Under the pieces are notes generated by a model. The model searched no databases, was not told the DNA's origin, and saw only the letters and a list, made by a program, of their open reading frames with translations. Below, one piece after another: positions 47,046 through 55,073 of a DNA stretch of 64,000 nucleotides. How positions within the stretch are numbered: position 1 is the first letter of the stretch; each line of letters opens with the position of its first letter. Source of the DNA: Thermoleophilaceae bacterium (GTDB lineage Bacteria; Actinomycetota; Thermoleophilia; Solirubrobacterales; Thermoleophilaceae). A program made the position numbers and the translations under genes. Location: the NCBI GenBank assembly GCA_036389835.1, contig DASVWC010000017.1:10877-74876 (forward strand). Reading direction: 5' to 3'.

Positions 47046-47071
47046 GGTGCGGCCCGTGAGGCGGCCGCACC
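47046..47071 (+). promoter_or_regulatory. 9-bp perfect hairpin immediately after the precursor stop
   Basis: ggtgcggcc (47046-47054), an 8-nt loop, then ggccgcacc (47063-47071). No U-tract follows. It sequesters the GTG at 47047, the candidate start of the next gene. Confidence 0.5.
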
Positions 47072-48966
47072 ATGGCCGATCGACGCTCGACGCCGCCGTC
47101 GAGCCCGCGGTCGCCCTGGCCGGCTGCGCCGAGCGGCGCGCGGAGCTGCGCGGCGCGGTGCGCCACGCCCTGTCGCGCGCGGACCTCACGCGCCTGGCCG
47201 CCCGGCTCGCGAGCCGCCGCCTGCTGCCGCTGATCGGAACGCGGGCGCTCGAGGCGGCCGGCGACGTCTGCCCGCCCGAGTTCGAGGCGACGGTCACGGG
47301 CGCGCTCGGCGTCGCGAGGGCCCGCGCGCTCGCGGTCGAGGCCGCCACCCGTGACGTGACGGCGACCCTCGCCGGGCACGGCATCGCGGCACTGCCGCTC
47401 AAGGGGCCGCTGCTCGCGGAGGCGCTCTACGGCGACACCGGCCTGCGCGAGACCGCCGACGTGGACCTGCTCGTCCCGCGCGAGCGGCTCGCCGGCGCCG
47501 CGGCGCTGCTGCGCCAGGACGGCTACGCGGCTCCCGCCGACCCGCTGCGCGCCGACGGCCTGCCCGACCTTCACCTCGCGCTCGACCATCCCCGGCGGCC
47601 GTCGGTCGAGCTGCACTGGCGCGTCCACTTCTACGAGGACGAGTTCGCGCGCGACATGCTCGAGCGGGCCGAGCCGGGGCCCGACGGGCTGCTGCGCGCG
47701 CGCCCGGCCGACCTGCTCGCGTCGCTGCTGCTGTTCTACGCGCGCGACGGCTTCTACGGGCTGCGGCTGGCGGCCGACATAGGCGCGTGGTGGGACCGCT
47801 ACGGCCGCGCCGGCGACCGGCCGCTCGAGGAGCACGCGCGCCGCTACCCGCGCCTCGCCCCGGCGCTCACCGCGGCGGCGGTCGCCGCCGAGCGCGTGAC
47901 GGGCGCCCCGGCGGCCGGCTGGCTCGGCGGCGCCGCGGCGCACGGCCGCCGGACCGCCATGGCGGCCGGGCTGGCCAACCCCACCTACAGCGGCGAGCGC
48001 GACCAGCTCGCGGCCAACATCTCGCTCGCGGACGCGCTGCTCGCCCCGCCTGGCACGGTCGCCGAGTTCGCCCGGCGCGAGCTGGTGCCGCGCTCGGGCC
48101 CGGCGGCCCCGCACGCCGCCAAGATGCTCGCCCGCTACGGCGCGGCGGCGTGGCGCGTGCGCGGCGGCCGCGAGTGGGCGGCGGGGCCGGCGGGCGGCGG
48201 GCCCGCCGTCGAGCTGCTCGGGCTGCGGCTCGACCGCGTGAGCGAGGCCGAGGCGATCGATCACGTGATCGGCGCCCTGGACGCCGGGCGCGGCGGCTGG
48301 CTGCTCGCGATGAACCTCGACACGCTGCGCCAGTACGCGCGCTCGGAGGAGCTGCCGGCGCTGTTCGAGCGGGCGGACCTGATCGTGGCCGACGGCATGC
48401 CGCTGATCTGGGCGAGCCGCCTGGCGGGGACGCCGCTGCCCGCGCGGGTCGCGGGGTCGGACCTGATCTGGTCGCTCACGGCGGAGGCGGCGCGGAACGG
48501 GCGGTCGGTGTTCCTGCTCGGCGGGGCGCCGGGCGTCTGCGAGCGCGCCGCCGACGCCCTGCGCGCGCGCTCTCCCGGCCTGGCCGTGGCCGGCACCCAC
48601 TCGCCGCCGTACGGCTTCGAGAGCGACGCCGCCGAGCTCGACGCGATCCGCGCGCGCCTGCGCGAGGCGCGCCCCGACGTCGTCTACGTCGGGCTCGGCT
48701 TCCCCAAGCAGGAGCGCCTGATCGCGCAGCTCAGAGACGAGCTGCCGCGCTCCTGGTTCGTGGGCGTGGGCATCTCGTTCAGCTTCGTGACCGGCGACGT
48801 GCCGCGGGCACCCGCCTGGCTCCAGCGGATCGGCCTCGAGTGGGTCCACCGGCTGACGAAGGAGCCGCGGCGGCTGGCGCGCCGCTACCTCGTCGACGAC
48901 CTGCCGTTCGCCGCCCGGCTGGCCGCCCACAGCCTCGCGCGGCGGGCGCGCGGCGGTCGCGGCTAG
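47047..48966 (+). CDS. Fusion protein: NTP_transf_5-type nucleotidyltransferase (N-terminal) plus WecG/TagA/CpsF family GT26 glycosyltransferase (C-terminal)
   Basis: 639 aa. The N-terminal half has LPLKGPLLAEALYGDTGLRETADVDLLV...VELHWRV. The C-terminal half, from about nt 48220, has LLGLRLDRVS...ADGMPLIWASRL...VYVGLGFPKQE...GVGISFSF. The start is uncertain. Confidence 0.8.
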   Translation: MRPVRRPHHGRSTLDAAVEPAVALAGCAERRAELRGAVRHALSRADLTRLAARLASRRLLPLIGTRALEAAGDVCPPEFEATVTGALGVARARALAVEAATRDVTATLAGHGIAALPLKGPLLAEALYGDTGLRETADVDLLVPRERLAGAAALLRQDGYAAPADPLRADGLPDLHLALDHPRRPSVELHWRVHFYEDEFARDMLERAEPGPDGLLRARPADLLASLLLFYARDGFYGLRLAADIGAWWDRYGRAGDRPLEEHARRYPRLAPALTAAAVAAERVTGAPAAGWLGGAAAHGRRTAMAAGLANPTYSGERDQLAANISLADALLAPPGTVAEFARRELVPRSGPAAPHAAKMLARYGAAAWRVRGGREWAAGPAGGGPAVELLGLRLDRVSEAEAIDHVIGALDAGRGGWLLAMNLDTLRQYARSEELPALFERADLIVADGMPLIWASRLAGTPLPARVAGSDLIWSLTAEAARNGRSVFLLGGAPGVCERAADALRARSPGLAVAGTHSPPYGFESDAAELDAIRARLREARPDVVYVGLGFPKQERLIAQLRDELPRSWFVGVGISFSFVTGDVPRAPAWLQRIGLEWVHRLTKEPRRLARRYLVDDLPFAARLAAHSLARRARGGRG

Positions 48967-50360
48967 CGGTCGCGGTCCGGGTCGTCCACGCAGCCCCTGC
49001 CGCGCGGCTGCGCCAGGGCCTGGAGCTTTCGCCACGGGAAGTTCGCGAGCACACCCTGGCTGTCGGGCGACCTGCCCTCGAAGATCTCCACGTACGGGTC
49101 GTAGCCGAGCGGCGTCGGGTCCTCGGCGGCGAACCCGATCTCGGTCGAGGCGTCGGTCACGACCAGGCCGTATCGCTGTATGGCGCGCGCGATCGTGAGC
49201 GCGTAGCGCGACAGCGGGTGGCGCGGGTCGCTCGCGTAGGCGGCGAGGTCGAAGCGCGCCGGGAAGCGGAAGCGGGCGCCCGCCGGGATCGACTGCGGCG
49301 CGCGGCTCGAGCGCTCCGGGTCGGTCCGCTGCGCGGGCCAGCACCAGCCGTCGCGGCCGCCCCTGCCGATCACGACGAGGCCGATCGCGTGCTCCACCGC
49401 GCCGCGGCGCAGCTCCTCGATCCGCTGGAGCCCCGACATCAGCGCGATCGAGGTGGCCGACGCGCCGTACTGCGGGCCCGGCGGATCCACGAAGTGGCCC
49501 TCGTTCTGCGAGACGTGCGGCATCCGGCCGCCGTAGCGGGCGCGCCAGGTGCCGAACAGCGGGTCCTTCGACAGCCCCCAGAACTCCCAGAGCGTGTCCG
49601 TCGCGGGCTGCCAGAGGATCAGGTTCCCGTCGGTGCCCGCGGCCGGTCGCGCGTCGGCGGGCAGCGGGACCGCGTCCCACTGCCGCTGGAGCGCGGGCGC
49701 GCCCTCGGGCGCCGCGACCCGTACCGCCGGCTGGTCCGGACCGACGGTGTAGATCGGCGAGCTGTACTGCGTGGTGCCGATCAGCGCGCCGCGCGGGCGG
49801 CTGCGCACCTGCGAGCGGATCTCCGCGACCATCGCCGCCGAGTTGCCCGCCAGCGGAGCGTTCTTCTTCAGCCGCTTGTTGCGCCAGCCGCCGGGCGAGA
49901 ACGGCTCCGCGACGAGCGTCATCGTGTCGATCCAGGCGCTGCGCTGGCAGGTGAGGCTCGAACCGGACCCCTCGACGATCCCCACGGACACCGCGTGCGG
50001 CCCCGCCGGCACCGACAGGCGCGCGCCGAGCTCGCCGTAGCCCGCTCCCGCGAGGCCCACGAAGCGCTCCACGCCGTCGACCTTGATCGACACGGTGGGC
50101 AGCCCGAAGCAGTCGTTCCCCCGAACGCGCGCGAAGACGTGGACCGACGTGCGCGTGGTGGTCATCACGCCCTCGGCGGCGCTCCCGGCGGCGATGCGCA
50201 GCGCCCGCCCGCTCGAGGCATTCGCATCGGGCTCGACCGCGCCGGGGCCGACCGGGGTGAGCAGCTCGCCCTCGATCGTCACGTCGGCCGCGCCCGCGGG
50301 CGCGGCGAGAAACGCGAAGGCGGCCGCGGCCGTGGCGAGCACGCGGCGCACGTCGGGCAT
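48963..50360 (-). CDS. Secreted protein of unknown function (signal peptide plus beta-sandwich-like N-domain)
   Basis: 465 aa from the ATG at 50360. MPDVRRVLATAAAAFAFLAAPAGAADV looks like a Sec signal with an AXA cleavage site. I recognise no family for the remainder. Confidence 0.65.
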   Translation of the reverse strand: MPDVRRVLATAAAAFAFLAAPAGAADVTIEGELLTPVGPGAVEPDANASSGRALRIAAGSAAEGVMTTTRTSVHVFARVRGNDCFGLPTVSIKVDGVERFVGLAGAGYGELGARLSVPAGPHAVSVGIVEGSGSSLTCQRSAWIDTMTLVAEPFSPGGWRNKRLKKNAPLAGNSAAMVAEIRSQVRSRPRGALIGTTQYSSPIYTVGPDQPAVRVAAPEGAPALQRQWDAVPLPADARPAAGTDGNLILWQPATDTLWEFWGLSKDPLFGTWRARYGGRMPHVSQNEGHFVDPPGPQYGASATSIALMSGLQRIEELRRGAVEHAIGLVVIGRGGRDGWCWPAQRTDPERSSRAPQSIPAGARFRFPARFDLAAYASDPRHPLSRYALTIARAIQRYGLVVTDASTEIGFAAEDPTPLGYDPYVEIFEGRSPDSQGVLANFPWRKLQALAQPRGRGCVDDPDRDR

Positions 50361-50454
50361 CGACTGCACGGTGAAATGGTCGCACTTCCACGCCGGTCGG
50401 CGCGCGGTCGCGCTGCTCCGGCACCCGCGGCCGAACCGGTAGCGTCCGGCAACC

Positions 50455-51969
50455 GTGGCTCGGCGAGCGTCGTATTCCGAAGGCGTGGCGTTCGCGGTGC
50501 TGAGCTTCGCCTCGATCGCGGTCGTCGGGCTGGTCAGCAGCATCTTCGTGGCCCGGGCCTACGGCATCGAGCCGATCGGCGAGCTCGCGATCGCGCTGGC
50601 GCCGTCGCTCGCGCTCGCGACGCTGTCCCAGCTCCGCGAGCAGGCCGCCCTCGTGCGCGAGCTGACCCTGCTCGCGCCGCGCGCGCCCCGGGTGACCGGC
50701 CTGTTCGCCGCGGTCATGGCGTTCTCGTTCGGGCTCACGCTGCTGGTCGCGATCCCCGTGACGGCCGCGACCTGGTTCGTCCTGTCCGGCCCGGTCGGCC
50801 GCGACGACCTGTTCGTCCCGGCGCTCGCGCTGATCGGCATCTACACGCTCGTCGAGAACACCTGCTGGAACCTCGACGTCGTGTTCCAGGCCTTCCGCGC
50901 CGGGCGGCCGCTGTTCTGGGTGCGGCTCGACTACGGCGTGACCTACGTGGCGTACGCGCTCGCCATCAACTTCACGTTCGGCGACGACGTCTGGGGGCTC
51001 GTCGCGGCCGCGGGGCTGTCGATCGCGACGTCGCTGGTGCACCGGCTCGTGCTCGTCCGCCACTTCATGCGCTTCCGGGTCCCGCGCGCGGAGATCCGGG
51101 CCGGCTTCCGGACGCTGCCGGCCCTGGTCCGGTTCGGCGCGAAGGTCGCGCCGGGGCAGATCGCCGACGGCGTCTCGCGCCAGGCGAGCGTCTGGGTCCT
51201 GTCGATCACGAGCTCGGTCGCCGCCGTGGGCGCCTACAACCGGGCCTGGATGCTCGCCACGCGCTTTCTCGAGCTCGGTCACCGGGTGGTCGAGATGCTG
51301 TTCCCGACCCTGGTGGAGCGGCGCGCGAACGGCGACTCCGAGGGCTTCGACCGGGCGTCGATCGACACGGTGCGCTACTGCGTGGCCGGCCTGCTGCTGC
51401 CAGCGGCCGCGGGCGGTGGCGCGGCCGACGGGCTCATGGACCTGTTCGGGGACGGGTTCGACCGCGCCGCGGACGCGCTGGCGCTGCTGCTGCTCGCGCC
51501 CGGCCTCGCCGCCGTCGTCTCGATCCTCACGAGCATCCTGTGGACCGACGACCGGCTCTGGCTGAGCACGATCATCACCTCGGTCCGCGCCGCGCTCACG
51601 GTCGGGCTGACGATCGTGCTCGCGATCGAGTACGGCATCACGGGGGCGGCCGTCGCGATCGTCGCGGCGTACCTGGTCGAGTCGGTCTGGTGCTTCGCCG
51701 TGATGCCGCGGCACTGGTCCACCCCGGTGCGGACGCTGTGGCCCTACCGCGGCATGGCCGCGCTCGCGGCCGGATACGCGGCCGGATTCGCCGCGGCGCG
51801 CAGCGTCGACGCGGCTCTCTACGGGGAGGTCGGCACCGCGTGCGCGGTCGCGGCCGGGGCGGTCGTGTACCTGGCGATCGCGGTCGGCGGCGGGCTCCAG
51901 GAGCGCGATCGCGAGCGGCTGGCGGCGATCCGGGGAAGACGCGCCCAGGCACTGCCGACCGAGGGTTAG
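50455..51969 (+). CDS. MOP-superfamily flippase (second Wzx-type protein)
   Basis: 504 aa with about 12-14 TM helices and the polysaccharide-biosynthesis-protein pattern (FGAKVAPGQIADGVS). Confidence 0.75.
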   Translation: MARRASYSEGVAFAVLSFASIAVVGLVSSIFVARAYGIEPIGELAIALAPSLALATLSQLREQAALVRELTLLAPRAPRVTGLFAAVMAFSFGLTLLVAIPVTAATWFVLSGPVGRDDLFVPALALIGIYTLVENTCWNLDVVFQAFRAGRPLFWVRLDYGVTYVAYALAINFTFGDDVWGLVAAAGLSIATSLVHRLVLVRHFMRFRVPRAEIRAGFRTLPALVRFGAKVAPGQIADGVSRQASVWVLSITSSVAAVGAYNRAWMLATRFLELGHRVVEMLFPTLVERRANGDSEGFDRASIDTVRYCVAGLLLPAAAGGGAADGLMDLFGDGFDRAADALALLLLAPGLAAVVSILTSILWTDDRLWLSTIITSVRAALTVGLTIVLAIEYGITGAAVAIVAAYLVESVWCFAVMPRHWSTPVRTLWPYRGMAALAAGYAAGFAAARSVDAALYGEVGTACAVAAGAVVYLAIAVGGGLQERDRERLAAIRGRRAQALPTEG

Positions 51970-52016
51970 CGCTTTATGCTGGGCCTGTGGCGCCGCGGGC
52001 ACGCAGCCGACCCGAC

Positions 52017-53276
52017 GTGAGCAAGCTCCTGCGCAAGGGCAAGGTCGACGCCCTGCGCGAGGCCCTGCACTACCGCGACCTGGGGGCGGCCGGCAACGGC
52101 GCGGGGCACGACGCCGGCGCGCCCGTGCGCGCCGAGGCGCTCAGGGCGCTGGTGTCGCTCGGCGGCCCGACCGTCCCGGGCGACCTGAGCGCCGCGCTCG
52201 AGGACCCCGACCCGTCGGTGCGGATCGCGGCGATCGACGGCATCGCGGCCATGGGCGCCCCCGTGGCCGGCCAGGCCGAGCAGCTCGTGCGCGCCGCCGT
52301 GGCGCGCGAGGAGGGCGCCGGCGACGTCTCGGCCCGAGCGCTCGACCTGCTGGTGGACTGGGCGGCCCAGGGGGTCGCGGAGATGTTCGTGGAGGCCCTG
52401 CTCGACCCCGGCGCGCCCGAGCCCGACGAGGGCCACGCGGCCAGCCTCGAGCTGCTGTTCGTCACCGACACCCGCGGGGATGGGGCGCGCACGGCGGTCG
52501 CCGACCTGCTCATCGCGCGGCTGCACCAGGCCCCTGACGAGCGCTCGGAGCGGGCGGTCGAGCGCGTGCTGGGCTGGCTCGGGCCGTCGGCGCTCGAGAG
52601 CGTGCTGGCCGAGCTCGAGAGCGGCACTTCCACCCCGGCGCTGCTGCGCGCGGCCGGCTCGCTGGGCGACGCGCGTGCGGTCGCGCCGGTCGTCCAGGGA
52701 CTCGAGAACCCGGATCCGGACGTGCGGGTGGCGGCGGCCACGGCGGCTCGGACGCTCAACCACACCCGCGCCGTCCCGGCGCTGCTCACGGCCACGCAGG
52801 ACGACGAGCAGGCGGTGCGCGACGCCGCCTCGGCGGCGCTCGACCGGATGGGGACGGCGGCGGTGATCGCCGGCCTGGCGACCGTGGTGGACACGCGCCT
52901 GCAGGCGGCGCTGCCGGCGGTCCTCGAGGGCGACGGGGCCGAGCAGCTCGGCTCGCGCGGCGGCGCGGAGCAGCTCGCCGAGGGCCGGGCGGAGCCGGAT
53001 GTGGGGCCGGCGCCGGGCGCGGAGCCGGCGCCGGGCGCGGAGCCGGAGCCGGGCGCGGAGCCGGCGCCGGGCGCGGGGCCGGCGCCGGGCGCGGGGCCGC
53101 AGCCGGCGCAGCAGCCGCAGCCGGCAGCGCCCCAGCCCGTGCGGTCCGGACCCGCCGAGCCGATCCAGCCGACGGTGCCCTCGGCCCTCCCCGCCCAGCC
53201 CGGGCCGGCCCTCCCCGGCCAGCCCCGGCCGCGCCGCGGCGGCCTGCTCGACCGGCTGCTCGGCCGCGACTACTAG
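52017..53276 (+). CDS. HEAT-repeat (PBS-lyase type) protein with a Pro/Ala-rich repetitive tail
   Basis: A GTG at 52017 starts the protein. It contains repeated L.DPDP.VR.AA motifs (EDPDPSVRIAAIDGI, ENPDPDVRVAAATA, DDEQAVRDAASAAL). Only the last about 419 aa of ORF 47787..53276 are real. Confidence 0.7.
   Translation: MSKLLRKGKVDALREALHYRDLGAAGNGAGHDAGAPVRAEALRALVSLGGPTVPGDLSAALEDPDPSVRIAAIDGIAAMGAPVAGQAEQLVRAAVAREEGAGDVSARALDLLVDWAAQGVAEMFVEALLDPGAPEPDEGHAASLELLFVTDTRGDGARTAVADLLIARLHQAPDERSERAVERVLGWLGPSALESVLAELESGTSTPALLRAAGSLGDARAVAPVVQGLENPDPDVRVAAATAARTLNHTRAVPALLTATQDDEQAVRDAASAALDRMGTAAVIAGLATVVDTRLQAALPAVLEGDGAEQLGSRGGAEQLAEGRAEPDVGPAPGAEPAPGAEPEPGAEPAPGAGPAPGAGPQPAQQPQPAAPQPVRSGPAEPIQPTVPSALPAQPGPALPGQPRPRRGGLLDRLLGRDY
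53004..53099 (+). repeat. In-frame 18-nt tandem repeat encoding (EPAPGA)-like units
   Basis: The unit gagccggcgccgggcgcg occurs about 5 times with small variants. It translates to GPAPGAEPAPGAEPEPGAEPAPGAGPAPGAGP. Confidence 0.8.
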
Positions 53277-54172
53277 CCGCTCGGCTCGACCACGTTCGAC
53301 GGGTCCGGCTTACCGGCGGCCGGCGCCTGGCTGTAGTCGCCGAACGGGCCGTCGCGCTCCGCGATCGCCGCGCCCACGCCCTCGGCCTGCGCCAGCTCGA
53401 TCCAGCGCTTCGCGTCCGGCGTGTTGCGCATCAGGCCGTCCAGGATCGGCCCGAGCACCTGCGTCGAGCCGACGCCCATGTTCTCGTAGGCGTGGTTGAC
53501 GACGAGCTTCATCGCCGCGAGCTGCGACAGCGGGACCGACGCGAGCCGCCCGGCCAGCTCCGCCACCTCGGCCTCGAGCCGCTCGAACGGCACCGACACG
53601 TTGACGAGCCCGACCTCCGCGGCCTCGGCGCCCGAGAGCGGCTGGCCGGTCAGCGCGTGCCACTTCACCCGCGCCAGCCCGAGCCGGTAGATCCACATCC
53701 CGGTCAGGTAGCAGCCCCACATGCGCGCGTACGGCGTTCCGATGCGCGCGTCGTCGGAGACGACGACGAGGTCCGCGCAGAGGGCCATGTCGCTGCCGCC
53801 GCCCACGCACCAGCCGTGCACCTGCGCGATCACCGGCTTCGGCGAGCGCCAGAGCGACATGATCTTCGGCACCGGCCCGGTCGCGGGCGAGGTGCCGAGC
53901 ATGAAGTCCTTGCCGGGGTCCCACTCGCCGCCGGTGGTGAGCTCCTCGTCCCAGTGGTGGAAGCCGCCGCCGAAGTCGAAGCCGGCGCAGAACGAGCGCC
54001 CGGCGCCGCGCAGCACGATCACCTTGACCGCGTGCTCGCGCACCGCGCGGTGCACCGCCGCCTCGATCTCGTCGGGCATCGGCGGCACGATCGTGTTGAG
54101 GGTGTCGGGGCGGTTCAGCGTGATCGTCGCGATCGCGCCGTCGGCCTCGTAGAGCAGGGTCTCGTAGTCCAT
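53273..54172 (-). CDS. Enoyl-CoA hydratase/isomerase (crotonase) family protein
   Basis: 299 aa with ITLNRPDTLNT, LRGAGRSFCAGFD and HGWCVGGGSDMAL. Confidence 0.85.
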   Translation of the reverse strand: MDYETLLYEADGAIATITLNRPDTLNTIVPPMPDEIEAAVHRAVREHAVKVIVLRGAGRSFCAGFDFGGGFHHWDEELTTGGEWDPGKDFMLGTSPATGPVPKIMSLWRSPKPVIAQVHGWCVGGGSDMALCADLVVVSDDARIGTPYARMWGCYLTGMWIYRLGLARVKWHALTGQPLSGAEAAEVGLVNVSVPFERLEAEVAELAGRLASVPLSQLAAMKLVVNHAYENMGVGSTQVLGPILDGLMRNTPDAKRWIELAQAEGVGAAIAERDGPFGDYSQAPAAGKPDPSNVVEPSG

Positions 54173-54188
54173 CCGGCTCCTTCCTTCG

Positions 54189-55073
54189 CTATTCGATGCC
54201 CAGTCTGTCGAGCAGCGCGTCGTCGCGGCGCCAGCCCTTGCGCACGCGCACCGAGAGGTCGAGGTGCACGCGGCGGCCGAGCAGCGCCTCCATCTCCTTG
54301 CGGGCCGCGCTGCCGATCGAGCGGACCATCGCGCCGCCGGCGCCGATCAGGATCCCCTTCTGCGACTCGGTCTCCGCCCAGGCGCGCGCCACCACCACGA
54401 GCAGCCCGTCGTCGCGCTCCTCGACCTCGTCGACCTCGACCTCCACCGCGTGGGGGATCTCGTCGCGGGTGCGGGCGAGGATCTGCTCGCGGACCAGCTC
54501 CGCGAGGCGCACGTCCTCGGGCAGGTCCGTGCGGTCCTCCGGCGGATACATGAACGGCCCCTCTGGCAGCAGCGCCACGAGGGCCTCGACCAGCTCGGCG
54601 ACGCCCGCGCCGCGCAGCGCGCTGACCGGGTAGACCTCGCCGTCGAGCTCGAGCGACGCGGCCTGCTCGAGCGCGTCGAGCACCTGCCTGCGGTCGAGCA
54701 CGTCGACCTTGTTGACGGCGATCGCGTGCGGCACCCCGGCGTTCGCGATCGCCCGCGCGATGAAGCGGTCGCCCGGACCCGCGCCCTGCTGGCCGTTCAG
54801 GATCAGCAGCGCGGCGTCGGACTCGCGCAGCTCCTGCTCCATCCGGCGCTGCATCCGCTCGGTGAGCGGGTCGCGCGGGCGCTGCACGCCCGGCAGGTCC
54901 ACGAGCACAAGCTGCGCCTCGTCGAGCGTCGCGATCCCGCGGATCGCCCGCCGCGTCGTCTGCGGCCGGTTCGACACGATCGCGACCTTCTCGCCGACCA
55001 GGGCGTTAAGCAGCGTCGACTTGCCCACGTTCGGCCGCCCGGCAAGCGCCACGAAGCCGCTGCGCGTGCTCAC
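54189..55073 (-). CDS. era: GTPase Era
   Basis: The GTG at 55073 overlaps the ybeY stop. The protein has G1 GRPNVGKST, G3 DLPG and G4 NKVD, plus a KH domain at the C-terminus. Confidence 0.9.
   Translation of the reverse strand: MSTRSGFVALAGRPNVGKSTLLNALVGEKVAIVSNRPQTTRRAIRGIATLDEAQLVLVDLPGVQRPRDPLTERMQRRMEQELRESDAALLILNGQQGAGPGDRFIARAIANAGVPHAIAVNKVDVLDRRQVLDALEQAASLELDGEVYPVSALRGAGVAELVEALVALLPEGPFMYPPEDRTDLPEDVRLAELVREQILARTRDEIPHAVEVEVDEVEERDDGLLVVVARAWAETESQKGILIGAGGAMVRSIGSAARKEMEALLGRRVHLDLSVRVRKGWRRDDALLDRLGIE

Noticed and set aside
47020-52002. 1660-aa minus-strand ORF spanning the precursor, the fusion enzyme, the secreted protein and the flippase
   Set aside because: The translation is dominated by Arg/Pro/Gly/Ala/Asp runs with no recognisable domain, which is typical of an off-frame or antisense open frame in about 72% GC DNA. 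Well-supported genes occupy the same DNA in other frames and strands.
47787-52016. First about 1400 aa of the 1829-aa plus-strand ORF 47787..53276
   Set aside because: This part is Arg/Ala/Pro/Gly junk running out of frame through the GT26 domain, the secreted-protein gene and the flippase. Only the last about 419 aa (HEAT repeats, from the GTG at 52017) look like a protein.
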